Positions 23,181-35,369 of a DNA stretch of 64,000 nt are shown here, one piece after another. Under the pieces are notes generated by a model that saw only the letters and a list, made by a program, of their open reading frames with translations, ran no database searches and was not told the origin of the DNA. The stretch's first letter is position 1; every line of letters starts with the position of its first letter. The position numbers and the translations under genes were made by a program. The stretch comes from Dudresnaya verticillata. Taxonomy: Eukaryota. The stretch is taken from the NCBI GenBank assembly GCA_977862235.1, contig OZ374563.1, positions 2,232,001-2,296,000 of the forward strand, read 5' to 3'.

Positions 23181-24737
23181 ATGCGTCCTGACGACAACCC
23201 CAAGAAACACAAACTGGATACAGGTTGTTCGGGCTTGGATGGGCAGCCTACCCAGCAGAGACCCCGCACTAATTCTAGCTCAGTTCTCTCTCCGACGTCT
23301 TCAGGGACTATTGATTCCACAGCGGGCAGTCAAAGTGCTCCGGTTAAACCAGATGGTGCAAGCCCGATGACTGATGAAAAGCCCATTTCGGGCTTCTATT
23401 GTAATTATTGCTCCCGGGACCTCTCTACTGTGATAAGGGTGAGGTGTGCTATTTGTCACGACTATGATTCATGCTTGGACTGCTACAGTGTTGGTGCAGA
23501 GCTGTACCCACACAAATCCGATCACCCGTACCGCTTGGTGCTCCCGATGAGTTCCCCGGTTTACGAGCTGGGTTGGTCCGCAGATGAGGAGGGGAGACTA
23601 CTTGATTACATCGAGATACACAGCGTTGACAACTGGGAGATTATTGCAAAGGGATTTGTGGGCAAGAGCGCTGCAGAGGTCAAACGGCATTGGTACAGTG
23701 CTTACATGAGGACTCAGCCGATTCCTAGACCTGCGGGTATGTTTTACGAAGAGCTCGAGTCGAGCGAAGTACCCGAAAATTTTGGCAGTGAAGTCTTGAA
23801 GAACTGTTCTGCAGTTACGAAAGTGGGTTCTGCATTCTGGATGGAGAAGCGGGGAGATATTGGACGTGAGTGGGATGATGAGGCGAAGGAGATGATGGCA
23901 GACTTGGAGATCCACGAATTTGACACTGAAGAGGATAAGGTTTTGAAGTTGCTAGTCATCAAAAGTTACGATTGCAAGATCGACGAGCGACAGAGAAGGA
24001 AGATGTTTGTCCAGAAACGGGGCCTCTTCGACATGAAGGCCCATAGTGAGAAGCCGAAAATGTTATCACCCGAGGAGAAGGCCTTGCGTGATGAGCTCTG
24101 CGTCTATTCGCGTTTCATTTCGGAGTCAGAATTGAATAATCTAGTGGCATACACGTTGGAAGAGCGCAGGGCAAGTGGGAGGGTTGGAACCTTGCAGCCG
24201 GGAATTTCCGTAGGGGCTAAGAGTGTTAATGAATGCTTTGAGATGGCTTCCAATCATCTTGGAGGTGGTGATGTGCCACCTCAGAAACCTTGCGAGGCCA
24301 AGGCAGGATCATCTAGTAATATCCCCATCTCCCAGACTGAACAAACCGGGCAGTCGCGACTTGCCGGAAATAATGCGCAACACAGCTACTCTCATGGTGC
24401 CGCTGGGACCAATTCAACAGGCAACATTGGCACTGGGAGCGGAAAGGAGATTGAAGAGACTTGTCATGATGTGGAACAGATACCAGGGGCAGATCTTTTG
24501 TCTCGAGCCGAGGTTAAACTTTGCAAAAGCTTGAAGATTTCGTTTCACCAGTACGTGGCCATCAAGGAGTCAATGACTGTTGAGAGTGCCAGGAAGGGTC
24601 TCATTTGGAAAAAAGATACAAAGGAAATGTTTATACTGGAAGTTTGGAAGGTTCTCGTGGTCTTCGACTACTTCGTGGGCTGTGGATGGACCCGGCATCG
24701 CAGACCCGCGAACAAGTCTTCAAACGGAAATTGCTGA
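23181..24737 (+). CDS. ADA2: Transcriptional adapter ADA2 (SAGA HAT module), 518 aa, intronless
   Basis: ZZ zinc finger (CNYC...CAICHDYDSCLDCYSVGAE...HKSDHPY), SANT domain (WSADEEGRLL...NWEIIA...EVKRHW), C-terminal SWIRM-like domain (PGADLLSRAEVKLC...VFDYFVGCGW). Confidence 0.93.
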   Translation: MRPDDNPKKHKLDTGCSGLDGQPTQQRPRTNSSSVLSPTSSGTIDSTAGSQSAPVKPDGASPMTDEKPISGFYCNYCSRDLSTVIRVRCAICHDYDSCLDCYSVGAELYPHKSDHPYRLVLPMSSPVYELGWSADEEGRLLDYIEIHSVDNWEIIAKGFVGKSAAEVKRHWYSAYMRTQPIPRPAGMFYEELESSEVPENFGSEVLKNCSAVTKVGSAFWMEKRGDIGREWDDEAKEMMADLEIHEFDTEEDKVLKLLVIKSYDCKIDERQRRKMFVQKRGLFDMKAHSEKPKMLSPEEKALRDELCVYSRFISESELNNLVAYTLEERRASGRVGTLQPGISVGAKSVNECFEMASNHLGGGDVPPQKPCEAKAGSSSNIPISQTEQTGQSRLAGNNAQHSYSHGAAGTNSTGNIGTGSGKEIEETCHDVEQIPGADLLSRAEVKLCKSLKISFHQYVAIKESMTVESARKGLIWKKDTKEMFILEVWKVLVVFDYFVGCGWTRHRRPANKSSNGNC

Positions 24738-24841
24738 TGTTATAAGAATTACTGGATAATGCGGGACGGTCAGTGGTGGGTAATGGCAAGGAGAAGTGAG
24801 TCAAGGCGGTCGGGGAGGCTTTCATGAAGACGGAAAGTTCC

Positions 24842-25900
24842 TTTATTGATGGTTGTTTATTGTGGTCCTGCGAGGATAACTCAGGCTCTTTAGCAGGCGC
24901 ACGTCAGACTTCGTTGGGGCTGGGACCGGGAGGGGTTAATCTTCCCGCCATAGCGCTCGTCTCCCCGTGAATCAGCATCATTGGGACGTTTGGAGGTCCG
25001 TTTGATCGGAGCGATTGGTGAAATCGGGAGCGTTACTATCTAGATGACACCTCGTTGCTAACTTCCTGCCTTGGCGTTCCGCGAAGAGGAGAGTTGGCGG
25101 AAAGCTTGTAGAGGGGCAGAGAGGACAGATTGTCTACCAGGAGTTCGTATGTCGGTTCGATGGAAACGAGACCTGTTTGCAGATTGCTGCGGCGGAAGTG
25201 TGTGGTGCGGCGAAGCTGTGAGTCAGGGAGACTTTCGAGGCCCGGAGCATGAGGTTGGCATGCCAGGAGGCGGTGGGGGACCTTTTTGACGTGAAGGCTG
25301 TGTAAACTCTGAGCCAGCGATTGTTGCAGCTGGCGGTGTCGGAGCTTCTGCGGTTCCAAGCGATACAGTGTTACATCGTTTTCGCTGTCGCGCGGTCGGA
25401 TCTCGTTCTGATTTCTGTGCGCTGCAAATAGACAATGTAGACACCTAATGTCTCGCCTCTCCATGTGCACCCGCAGACTCTCTTTTTCCCGCAGAGGCAA
25501 CAAGTGTCGACCATGGCGGGACAGTATCCATAGATTGGTCTGGAGAAGGCTTTACATGTGTAGAGTGCCGCTTGCGGTGATATCACCGGGGAGAGAAAGC
25601 CATATATAGCAAGCATGGTGCCGGTTTTCTTCCTCGATGGAGTGGATGCCGTTCAGTACTGCGCGAGTTCCTGGTCCGTCCGCAGTGATGTCGACTTCAA
25701 GATACTTGGAAGAGCTTTCGGAGGGCATAGGCGTCCCTCCGATACAGGATGGTGGAACTTCTGGGCTTTGTTTGGTACCGTGTCGGGAGCATTTCCGAAC
25801 ATTTTTGTGGTGACTGCTGTAACGCCCTGCGCCTTAGCGACCGCAATCAACAGTGTGACGATGTGACAGTGTGCCAAAGTCCTCTGTAAGGTATTTCTAC
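24842..25900 (-). mobile_element. Decayed LINE fragment (RT C-terminal part to 3' end)
   Basis: Degenerate NVRKCS...SKYLEVDITADG and ALYTCKAFSRPIYGYC motifs (cf. KYLGV and LYKALIRPxLEY of LINE ORF2); ends GCAGGACCAC plus AATAAACAAC. Confidence 0.6.
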
Positions 25901-26619
25901 GCTGTAATAGATTTTCGGCAGCCGCCTCGTGCTGCTCGTGCTGTTTGCCTGCCCCCCCGGTACAAAAAGGGATGAGCTTGCCGCGAGGCGGGAGAGGAGG
26001 AAAAGCACAAGACTACGATCTGCGTCGGGTGACGTGAGGGAAACCACAGGGGGAATCCCAAAACACCGCCGGCCTATCAGGCGGTCTGTCACTCTAGTGC
26101 ACGCCGTGTGACGCTTGAGCACGTCTCGCGACACATCCGCTGGACGTCGACAGTGGCGATCTGTTTTCAGGGGCTACTGTGAGTTCTGCTTTCGGGCGAT
26201 GGCTGACGGGTCAAGAGCCCAAGTATGTCTATCCGAAGCGAGGAGCACGCTCAGTGTGGCTTGCTATCGCCACTGCCAGCCAGGTGGCTGGCAGTGGCGA
26301 TAGCGAGACGAACAGTGGCGGTAGTTCTGGAAGACAGTGGTCTCGGACTCGTCGGTAGGGCGCATCCGCCACAGAGAAAATAGAGGCGCAACGGTGTGGT
26401 GGACCGCAAGTGAAGCGAACACAGAACAGAACACGGACGAGGAAACCGAGCACCCGTTTGCATGCCAATACCTCTTGCCTCTCCCTTCCCTACTTGCACA
26501 CCCCTCGACGCTGCGTAGGCCGATTAAGCGATTGCTTCGAATAACGGCGGGAACGAAGACGAGGATCCCTTCAAGTTGCCACAGCCGGGAAGGGAAAAGA
26601 CAGCGGCGGTAAGTTTACG

Positions 26620-27340
26620 CCTGAGATGGTAACGGTGCTTTCTGAGAGTAAAATCTGCGTAGCAAAGGGTGCGGATTACGGCGATTATACTGGCGATCGT
26701 GTGAAGATCGGTGGGGTGCCATCTGACTTTGAGAGAAGATGGAGGGCTTGGGGGTGGGTTCTTAGGGTTGCAAGATTAGTGGCGCTGGAAGGAAGGATGG
26801 GAGAGGTACACAGAAAAACGTATGACCAGGAGCCTGTGGGCAAGGGCTCGAGGGGTAGCAATTTCTAGAGTGCCCCTGCAACTTCTCATTGGATACATGG
26901 AAGTCACATGGCGGAGGGCGATTAATGTATGTCGCGCCTGCTATGGGGGACGCGATAGGCGCTGTTGGTGTCGAGCACGAAGTCAGTTTTATCTACAGGA
27001 GGAAGATGAGTAGGGGGGGCTACTGGAGGAGCCCTCGTTGGCACAGAGGAGCTTCTGCCTCGGCGAATTGACCGGCCGACGGGAGAGAAAACCATCACTC
27101 GGGAACTGAGTATTGCCCTTTGCAGCGTTGCGGTATGTATCTTGGAGGGCCTCCCTGGCACCCTGGAGAGCCCAGCTTGTGCGATGAACTCACATATTGG
27201 TGCGCAAGGAGATGCAGTGCATTTTCAAGCAAAATGGCGGGAACCCGCTTAGGGCCAGAAACTGCGGTACAGTGGAATTCCGATAGCTGCAACCTATTGG
27301 GAGATGGGGGCCTGTTGCAATTAGCCGGAGGTTGCACTTG
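26620..27340 (-). mobile_element. Decayed LINE-like fragment
   Basis: ATLRTHPQALHLLSKSDGTP, homologous at DNA and protein level to about 18280-18400; boundaries approximate. Confidence 0.5.
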
Positions 27341-27644
27341 AGCGGGAGGTATCGTAACTTTCTTAGTACCTCTTTTCGCTTTAATTGTCCTGTACTGTAC
27401 CTGCTGTACTGTTGACTACCGCACAGGACTGTGTCCTACACGGCCATTAGTGGTGAAAAGAGTTGTTTTGACGTTCGAAGCATTGTCTTCGACCGTTGCA
27501 GCAAACGGGATTTGCAACAATCCTGTTTCTTAGTTACTTTTGCAGAGGATTGAACCAAAACGGTGGATGGGGTTCGGTTGTAGCAAACGGGTGGTTGCGC
27601 TTATCAGGGGTTGCCATTACCGGGATTCCACTGTAGTGATATAT

Positions 27645-28680
27645 TGTATTGTTTATTTTGTTTAACGTGGTCCTGTGCGGGCAACTAAGGCCCATTTCTA
27701 GGCACACCTTGGGTGGGGGTGGGGCTAGTTCGTTTTTGGTAGTGAGGACTCGGGGTCACTAAGGTCGCGAATAGCACGGATCGTATCGGAGATGGACTGC
27801 AGCGCGATTCTACTTGTGTCGGTGCTGGTCAGGGCATTGAGCTTCGGTGTGAGCTGTTGCAGCCGGGCACGGGCAGAGGGGCATTTGGGGGGATCGGGAA
27901 TGTGCCGAGGTGCCAGCGCAAGGCGAGCTTCCGGTCACGGTGAGCTTGCAGCTGCAGGGCGGGGGGAAATATTTTCGGATTGCCCTGTACTGGCGCTGGG
28001 CGACGTCCTTGCAAAGCTTCCTTCCAAGTATCCAGTAGTTCCGCCTGGAGGACCTTCCAGTGCGCCGTGCCGAACGGCGATGCGCCAAGCAAATTACAAT
28101 TTTTTGTTCGCAGTCGGTTAAGTAATTGCAGAGTGAAAATTGGCCCTTCAGTAAGCCCTGCATTCAGCGAGCAAGCCTGATGCTTACAAGCGATGGTGTC
28201 ATGGGGCTGGAGCGCAGTCACGGAGAACCAATTGCTGTGGTCAGAAACTGATGTGGCAGGCTTTGTCAAACTTCAATAAACTAATTAGAGTGGGTTCTAC
28301 GGGGCTTCTCACATCGGTATGTTTGCATCAAGTTGCCGACGAAAAAGAGCGGCCGCGCCTACGGGAACCCATCAGTATTTATCGCGTTCCTAAAACGCTC
28401 AACAGCACCTACGTTCCCCACCAGCGCTTCCGAAAAGCACTCTCAGCTCTGCTCCTTTGAAATTTCCGCACAGGCCTTCAGGAGACTCCCATCGAAGAGC
28501 GCTAGTTGCTTCTCTCATTGCCAACATGGATTCTATTCCTGCCGTCAAAGGCCGGCGTTGGTCCAGGAATTCCGGGACATTGGCCCCATCTGACAGGTTC
28601 GTGGGCAGCCCCAAGCCATGACTTTCGCCTGCTTGTATATTCGTCTTTTCCGCACTGACTTTATGTGACCCTGTACCCCT
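27645..28680 (-). mobile_element. Decayed LINE-like 3' fragment
   Basis: ALRWHLGTFPIPPN motif; 3' end ...GGGCCTTAGTTGCCCGCACAGGACCAC plus GTTAAACAAAATAAACAATA; 5' boundary approximate. Confidence 0.55.
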
Positions 28681-28694
28681 CTTGAATCTGCTGA

Positions 28695-29998
28695 ATGCGA
28701 ATTCCCACTTCTGTTCACGACACCTCCATCCAATTTCTGCCCACCTTCGTTTTCTTCCCTTGCTTTTGTGTTTTACGCCACGCTAGCGCTTCAAAAAGTC
28801 CGAATCAGACCATAGACATTAACACGTGGCTCCGTGACCAACTTAACCGGAATATGAATGCCCCTGTCCACGACGAGAAGCATACAGGCGAACAAGCAAC
28901 TTGGCGCCGTCACAAACTCAACCAGAAACTGAAGGCTCCTGTCGAGCATGAGAAGGAGACAGGAAATCAAACAACTTGGCGCCGTCACAAACTCAACCAG
29001 AAACTGAAGGCTCCTGCCAGGCATGAGAAGCAGACAGGCGAAGAAGCAACTTGGCGCCGTCGCAAGCTCAACCAGAAAATGAATGCACCTGTCAAGCATG
29101 AGGAAAAAGAAGAGGAAGAGACAGGCGAAGAAGCAGTTTCGAGGCGGAAAGGTGCTTTGTTCCGGGCGTCAATGCGCCCGATGCGTGAGATCGCCCCTAC
29201 TGTTGATCACCATCTCCTGGGCTGCTATACCGTCAATGTATCACCTCGTGTTTTTGCTGTCGAGCTGCATCATTCTGGTTGCTATGTTATCTCGTTCGGA
29301 AATAGTGGTACTATCGGAATACCTCTCCCGAATTGTGACGAGTCCGTGAGAGAAACTCTCGGCAAGAATGCTAATATCGTCCCGGTTCAGAATACCGATA
29401 ACAACGAAGATGGCATGGTAATTGCACAGAAGTATCCCCCAGAGCTGAGAGGTAAGTTACTTTTGGCATTTTCCTGGCTCATTTCTCAAATCACCGCGTG
29501 ATTGCTCCCGGTTGCTAATCGTTCGTGCGTTTATTTGCTCTTCGGATTGATCACGATCCCTGAACTATAGTTTGCGATTTGATTTTACGAATGTGTTACG
29601 CACCGGTGACAACTTCTCATGCCGTCGAAACATTGTTGGAGAAGAATGTTCTCCATGGCGACCAGAAGAACGTTCACGAAGTCAGAAAAAGGCTCTCTCG
29701 AAGGGATATCAAGAACAGGAGTAGCTATTTTCACGTTCCCGGGCTTCGTCAAGAGCCCAGCAGAATCATTTTCCGAGGCAATTCAGTTTCCGTTCCTTCT
29801 GCCACGGCCTCTGGTGGTACAATCCAAAATGTGTCAAAATCAGTCAATGGAAGCGCCTTGTCGGGGTCAAGCAACGAAGGTGTGGGGTCCGATGGGCCAG
29901 GATCAGAAGAAGGAAAGCTGGAAGTAGGAATGTGTTTGAAGGAGGCAAATGTAGTGTTTGATTCTTTTCAGGATTTCTGTAAGTACTTCAATGCGTAA
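28695..29998 (+). CDS. Two-exon hypothetical protein (~394 aa) with hydrophobic N-terminus and four 25-aa repeats
   Basis: Intron 29452-29570 (GTAAGT...GCTAAT...TAG) joins ORF 28695..29501 in frame with ORF 29579..29998. Confidence 0.6.
28842..29150 (+). repeat. 75-bp coding tandem repeat x4
   Basis: Units start at 28842, 28917, 28992 and 29067; representative unit LNQKLKAPVEHEKETGNQTTWRRHK. Confidence 0.92.
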
Positions 29999-31246
29999 TT
30001 GAACGGGAAAGGCGGTGTTTTCCTGCGGAACGGCGTCTTGGGTTTATTGCTCCGCATATTGTTCCGAGCCAAATTCCAAATTAGCAACGTTCGGTACGAC
30101 AGGTAGGAATAATTGGAAGGGCAGTGTGCCATGTGGCCACGGTACTTTCCTGAACGCCTGCTCTCTCTGGATTACAGCTTTCACAGCACAGCCTCAATGG
30201 TTTGGTAACAGAGACTCGCAGAATACTTCCCTGCCCCCTCCATACCATATAGCCTACTGCTGGCTCAGAAGCTTATAGACCACGGCGATAGGAAGCGGGA
30301 GATCTGCTGACGTTTGGGCTCATTCCTCATGCCGCTGCGCTGTTCCACCGCCCGAGCACTGCTATTCTCGCATGTCCGGCGATATAGCGTCTATCCTCCC
30401 CAGAACCCACTGTTGAAACACCACGAGACATCTCTGGCGACATAGAAGCTACACACAACATATCTGCCGCAGGCTTCGCACACCCACAGTTCCACACCTC
30501 GTAGAGTCAGGCCTCGACTTGACACGACCTCCTACCGTACCTTGATCAAGCGCAGATAACATAGTAGCCCTAGCCTGCCCTTCCGCCTCCATCTACTGTG
30601 CGTTTATATATGGAACTCTGCTATTGTTAACACACCATCATCAACATTCAATGAAGCATACCAACACATTCTTTCCATTTTGAAAGCCGTAGCGCGCCGA
30701 GAATACCCGCAAAGAGAGTATTGCATTCGCACTGATATTGACAGACGTCTGTTCTTGATCACCGAAGAGCAGGGCTCCTCGAGATTTTGTAAACTTTTAT
30801 CCTAAACTAGCACGTTCTGAAGTGGCCTCTTTGTTAACAGGCTGAGGTTCAAGCAAAATGAATGCTGCTGATTGTTACATGGCTCTTTTTCCTGCTTAGT
30901 AGTATGCTGGTAGTCGACATTTCCGGCCGAGTCTTTGAGTAAGTTGTATTCAGGTTTCAGTTAAGAAATAAGCGTGTCACTAACGTACTCAACGTATACC
31001 AAAGAACATCCCTTCCCAAAATATCACCTTTCGTATCCGCCTGACCCCATCGGTTCACTTCCAGTAAATGCCAACCGCACTTAGTTGAAAACCAGGGGAC
31101 ACCATGAGACAAAAGCTGTGGTATGGATCCATAGCAGAAATCGAAAGCATGGTCGTTGAGATCTTTCTGGGAAGTCGCTGTCGCTCTCTGCCAGTTGCCA
31201 TTTTGTACCCATTTCAGTGTGTACTTGTCCCCACATGATCAGCGCT

Positions 31247-31987
31247 CTATATATTGCCTTGTTCGGCTGAACCTTCCCCGCCGTGCGGAACTAAGCCTGT
31301 TTCATCGAAGCGCTGTAGCAGGAAAAGAATATGGGACTCTTTGGCACTCAGTCTGGAAACTGGGACTGAATACGCGCGGTGGTCCAGGAATAGCGGAAGA
31401 TCTGAGATTATCTTCAGAGCTAAACTGCAGTTGCCCTGGTCAGCCAACCAACACTGGAGCTCCTTCTTCGCACGATGGTCGAGTTCTTCCGTGTTCTCCA
31501 GCTTAGCATATTCGGCGAACAGCAACGATCTGAGATGCTGAGTTCCAGCCCCATCGCGATCGTTGGCACTGCGTTCCTGCAAGGCACTGGCAGACACCAC
31601 CGGACTGGAAACAAAACCGGCCTTGCCAACGCGGTCCTGCTGAATCCTAACACCAATTCCAAGAAGCTCACGTGAATTCGTGATCTCTCTAATCGAAGAG
31701 CTCGGAACGTTGGAGGCTGGATTCGCCGGCCTGCCGCGGATGGATTTGGAATCTTCTGCGGGAACGTCTTCTGACGTCCCCAGTCGCGGGGCACGATGAT
31801 CAGGGTCCATGGAATCGCTCGACTGAATCCCGTATTCTTCCTCAATTGCCCGAAATAGCGGAAGATATCTGCTCTGTGAAGCACTTGAACTTGGTGAAGG
31901 TGAGCAAAGGCCGACTCTTCCGAACACACCGCGGCCGAGCAGAGCAGATGGCTGTGTGGTGGTAGAAATTTGCGCACTATTCATCAC
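31247..31987 (-). CDS. Hypothetical protein (246 aa)
   Basis: ORF length only; no recognised motif. Confidence 0.3.
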   Translation of the reverse strand: MMNSAQISTTTQPSALLGRGVFGRVGLCSPSPSSSASQSRYLPLFRAIEEEYGIQSSDSMDPDHRAPRLGTSEDVPAEDSKSIRGRPANPASNVPSSSIREITNSRELLGIGVRIQQDRVGKAGFVSSPVVSASALQERSANDRDGAGTQHLRSLLFAEYAKLENTEELDHRAKKELQCWLADQGNCSLALKIISDLPLFLDHRAYSVPVSRLSAKESHILFLLQRFDETGLVPHGGEGSAEQGNI

Positions 31988-32907
31988 CGGTCGATTTAGA
32001 AGCTTTTCGGATCAAACTGCGTTTGACACGTGGCAAAACTCGATTCGCACTGTAAGTTGTATTGCTTACATTGTATGTTCTTTTCTTTGTTGATCGTTTG
32101 CGATTTGTAGAACGTGCATGCTGGGAACCTCCATGGAGGTTCCCTCTCTCCTCAACGAGCGTATGGAGCTAATTTGAGCGGAGAAAGTAGTCGATATGAG
32201 GATGGACCGAGATACCAAATCGTTCGTTCAGGGATCCTGAAACGTCTTCTTCCCTTTCTGCACGGACCTGTATCCGAGTACGGAGGTAGTCGGAATTATT
32301 GAGAGCTGACATGCCTAATTCTCTTTTGAGAAAAGCCCCCCTGTTGCCCTCCCTTCCCTCCCTCTGGAGTTCTCGGTAGTGGAATAGGCATATTCTAGAG
32401 ACTATTAACTTTTCTAGGCCTTGTCCTTATGTACGTGCGACATGGATGCTTGCTCCAGGGCCACTGAGAATTGCGGCGTCATATAATCAGGAAAAGCCTC
32501 ATCCTTTAGCACTGGAAGGGTTAGCATGATCTAAGCGTTGCGTGATATTGTGTCTTTGGCTCCATATGATTTTGTTTCTTTGATTGCAATGCGAGTTGTT
32601 TGCACGTTGCGGCAGCTCACGCAGCTAGTCCTCATTTTAACCAACGATGCTGTCGTCTCGTCGCAAAGAGCATGGTAAAGTGAAGTGGCCCCTCTTCATT
32701 GTTGAGTCTAAATCTAGAGCTGAGGGAACTTGCAGCTACTATTTCGAAGCTGTGGCAGCCGATATATCCGCGGAGAATCGCTTGGGTCTCTGTCAATTCC
32801 GGAAGAGGTCACCAGAGGCGCAGCAGTACGTGCAACAGAATCACGAAAATGTAAAGGGTTTACAGACGCAAAAGTATGTTCAGAGGTTCGACCAACTGTA
32901 GTGGAGA

Positions 32908-34264
32908 TGTTTACATAAGTGTGTGACAGGTTGGTCGCGGCCATCAGTTACTGCTGCGCATCCGCCGGCGTCTCACTGATGGCACCAGACATGCTAGATA
33001 TGTTAGCACCATTAGTACCGTCGCTACGATAACCGTAGAGACTCTTGGCCCAGTCATTCCTTCCAACATCAGTGTGCAGGCGGTACAGCAAAAATGTGAG
33101 CACGATCTTGTCGAAGAAGCGCATGCGCTCAAAGTCCAACGTTATGCCTGCATTAATACCGCCAGCTTCGAACATGACGGGCACATGGGGCGCAATGGTC
33201 AGAGCAGCCAGCATATTCGCCGCGCTTCTGAAGAATGACTCCAGGAATGCAGCGAACTGAGCATCAATATGTTCATTGTCTAGGCCAACAACTTGGCGGA
33301 TTTCAAAAGCGTACTGCAAAGCGGAGCTCTGCTCAGCGTTGAGCATGTCGATTGGATGTGGGCGGACCTCATCGACAGCGCTTCCAGGGAGAGCTTGGGC
33401 ACTCTGACTGTATGTAATCGTCACGGAGTAGCCGTCAGTCGGATACACCGCGTTTTCCTGGGTCTCCGTAGTCTCCACAGGCCCGGCGTAGCCCATCGGG
33501 TACTGGTTGTGTTCCGGCATGTCAAGATGCCAGAGGTAGCTGAAAGGTTGTGCAGTTGGGAAGAGAGCTAATGGAAGTGGCCGGGAGCGGGTCGAATGCG
33601 GTGTCGAGACAGCTGAAGTAGGCTATTGGAAGGCACCGGGCGAATATATCGTTGTGGCGACCGCAGACGGACGGCGGCATAGAAGGGCACCAAAAAATTG
33701 AAAACATTCAGATCTGTTGCGTTCATTTTTGAAAGTAAGTTTTGAAAGTAAGTTTGGCTTGCGAGTGGTTGGCGGCTGCAGCATTGAGATTGCAATTGGA
33801 TTCCTTCACGCCGATCGAAGCCTTGGACCAGCGGACTTTGCTTGCACATCAAGCCTTATACTGGGCGGGCATGTTGCATGTTGCACAAGACGGATACTGT
33901 GAGTTGAGGGTGATAACCCTCCACCGCAGCCTGCGTTGCCACCCTTTGTAGGAACTACTCTCAAATGTCGCTGTGGTGAACAATTGACCTTCGCGATTCA
34001 AAGCCTTGTATGCCTCGGGATCACCTGTAAGTACCGTCATGTTTAATTTTCCCCTTTACGCTCGTCGATAGCTATATGCGGACAGCCTTTCTTCGGCGGG
34101 CTGCAAGTCGTGGAATAGCCGCTGTTGGAAACGAGCACTTCATTGGTAAAGGAAATCAGAGCAGGCAGGCAGTGGAGAAGGGTTTCCGCAGTTGCAAATG
34201 AAAATTTCGCTACACATACTGAAGTTACTTGTGATTTGTACTGGTATATGAACAGTGATGGTAA
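32908..34264. repeat. ~1.36 kb direct repeat, copy 2
   Basis: Near-identical to 16694-18054. Confidence 0.95.
32948..33520 (-). CDS. Hypothetical protein (190 aa) in repeat copy 2
   Basis: Paralog of 16740..17306. Confidence 0.4.
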   Translation of the reverse strand: MPEHNQYPMGYAGPVETTETQENAVYPTDGYSVTITYSQSAQALPGSAVDEVRPHPIDMLNAEQSSALQYAFEIRQVVGLDNEHIDAQFAAFLESFFRSAANMLAALTIAPHVPVMFEAGGINAGITLDFERMRFFDKIVLTFLLYRLHTDVGRNDWAKSLYGYRSDGTNGANISSMSGAISETPADAQQ

Positions 34265-34516
34265 ACGTTTAGTGTGTAACGCAGTCCGGATAAAGAGAGC
34301 CACTTGCGTACGCGGTGGTTGATAAAGGGGATGGAAAGGGAAAAGCGGAAGGCAAAGTTGGAGGCTAGGTCACCGCGGTTTGTTGGGAGTTCCCTCGTCT
34401 GTGCTGACGCCCGCGGGCTGCCTTTATGAGGTAAAAAGCAGAGTGTGAGCAGTGCTGCTCAGGTCATATGACCCACGCTATTTAGGGGACTGCACGATCG
34501 CAGCCTCCGCCCTGGA

Positions 34517-35369
34517 TGTGGTATAACGAGAACGAAGTCCACGGAGACGCGGGGAAGTCTCGCACTGTAAGCGAATGGCCTCGGAGCCTAGCGAATGGCC
34601 TCGTAGCCTAACGAAGAAACGAAAACGGGTTGGTAGCGTGGTAGAGCGGAGCGGCTAACACGAAGGACCACGGTGTCAACGTATTCGTGTGCGGAAGGGA
34701 GAACTCGAGCGATCGATCACCGGGGATGACTCCGGGTGCGTGGGGCTATCGAAAGCGAGGCTCGACCGTATCCGCGGTCACGAAGACGAAGACACCGAAC
34801 TCGAAGAAACAGCGTTTACCGAAGACTCCGAGGTCCGGGCGCTAGTCGCTTGTCGAGAACCCTCGGATGTTGTGCCAGACGACTGGCTACTAAGTAGTAC
34901 TACGTGAGCACGAATGCGCGTCAACGCGGGAGACGTTTCGTACTCGAATGATTCGTAACGGCCTCGGTGCCAACGAACGGTCGCCTCACGTATGATGGCG
35001 GTTGCGAAGTGCGCCAGCGATGCATACGGAGGTGCGCGTGTCTCGTGGGCCCCGGTGCCGTTACGCGCGGGAAACAACGGGAAAGTCACGAAGGTGTCAG
35101 CGATTTCGTATCGGGTGCCCGCTGTAATGCGAATGCTATTGTGGCGCGCGTGATCACGAAGTCGGATCGGGATTCATCAGGAGGTGTCAGCGATTTCGTA
35201 TCACGTGCGTGCTGTAATTCGTATGCCATCGTGGCGCGCGCGCGGTATGCGCTCTGTAATACTTGTGCCATCGTGGCGTGCGCATTCACGAAGTCACTTT
35301 GAAATTCGTATTTCTCGGTTATTTTCACGTAGATCACGGAGTTATTTCATGGATAGCGTCTATACCACA
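34517..35369 (-). mobile_element. Solo LTR of family A
   Basis: TGTGGTATA...TATACCACA termini, TSD CTGGA (34512-34516, 35370-35374), homologous to 888-1761. Confidence 0.93.

Noticed and set aside
28842..29150. CRISPR-like array
   Set aside because: Whole 75-bp units repeat in frame with no unique spacers; eukaryotic context and no cas genes.
16694..34264. Giant LTR element bounded by the 1.36-kb repeats
   Set aside because: No CA end, PBS, PPT, TSD or gag/pol between the repeats.
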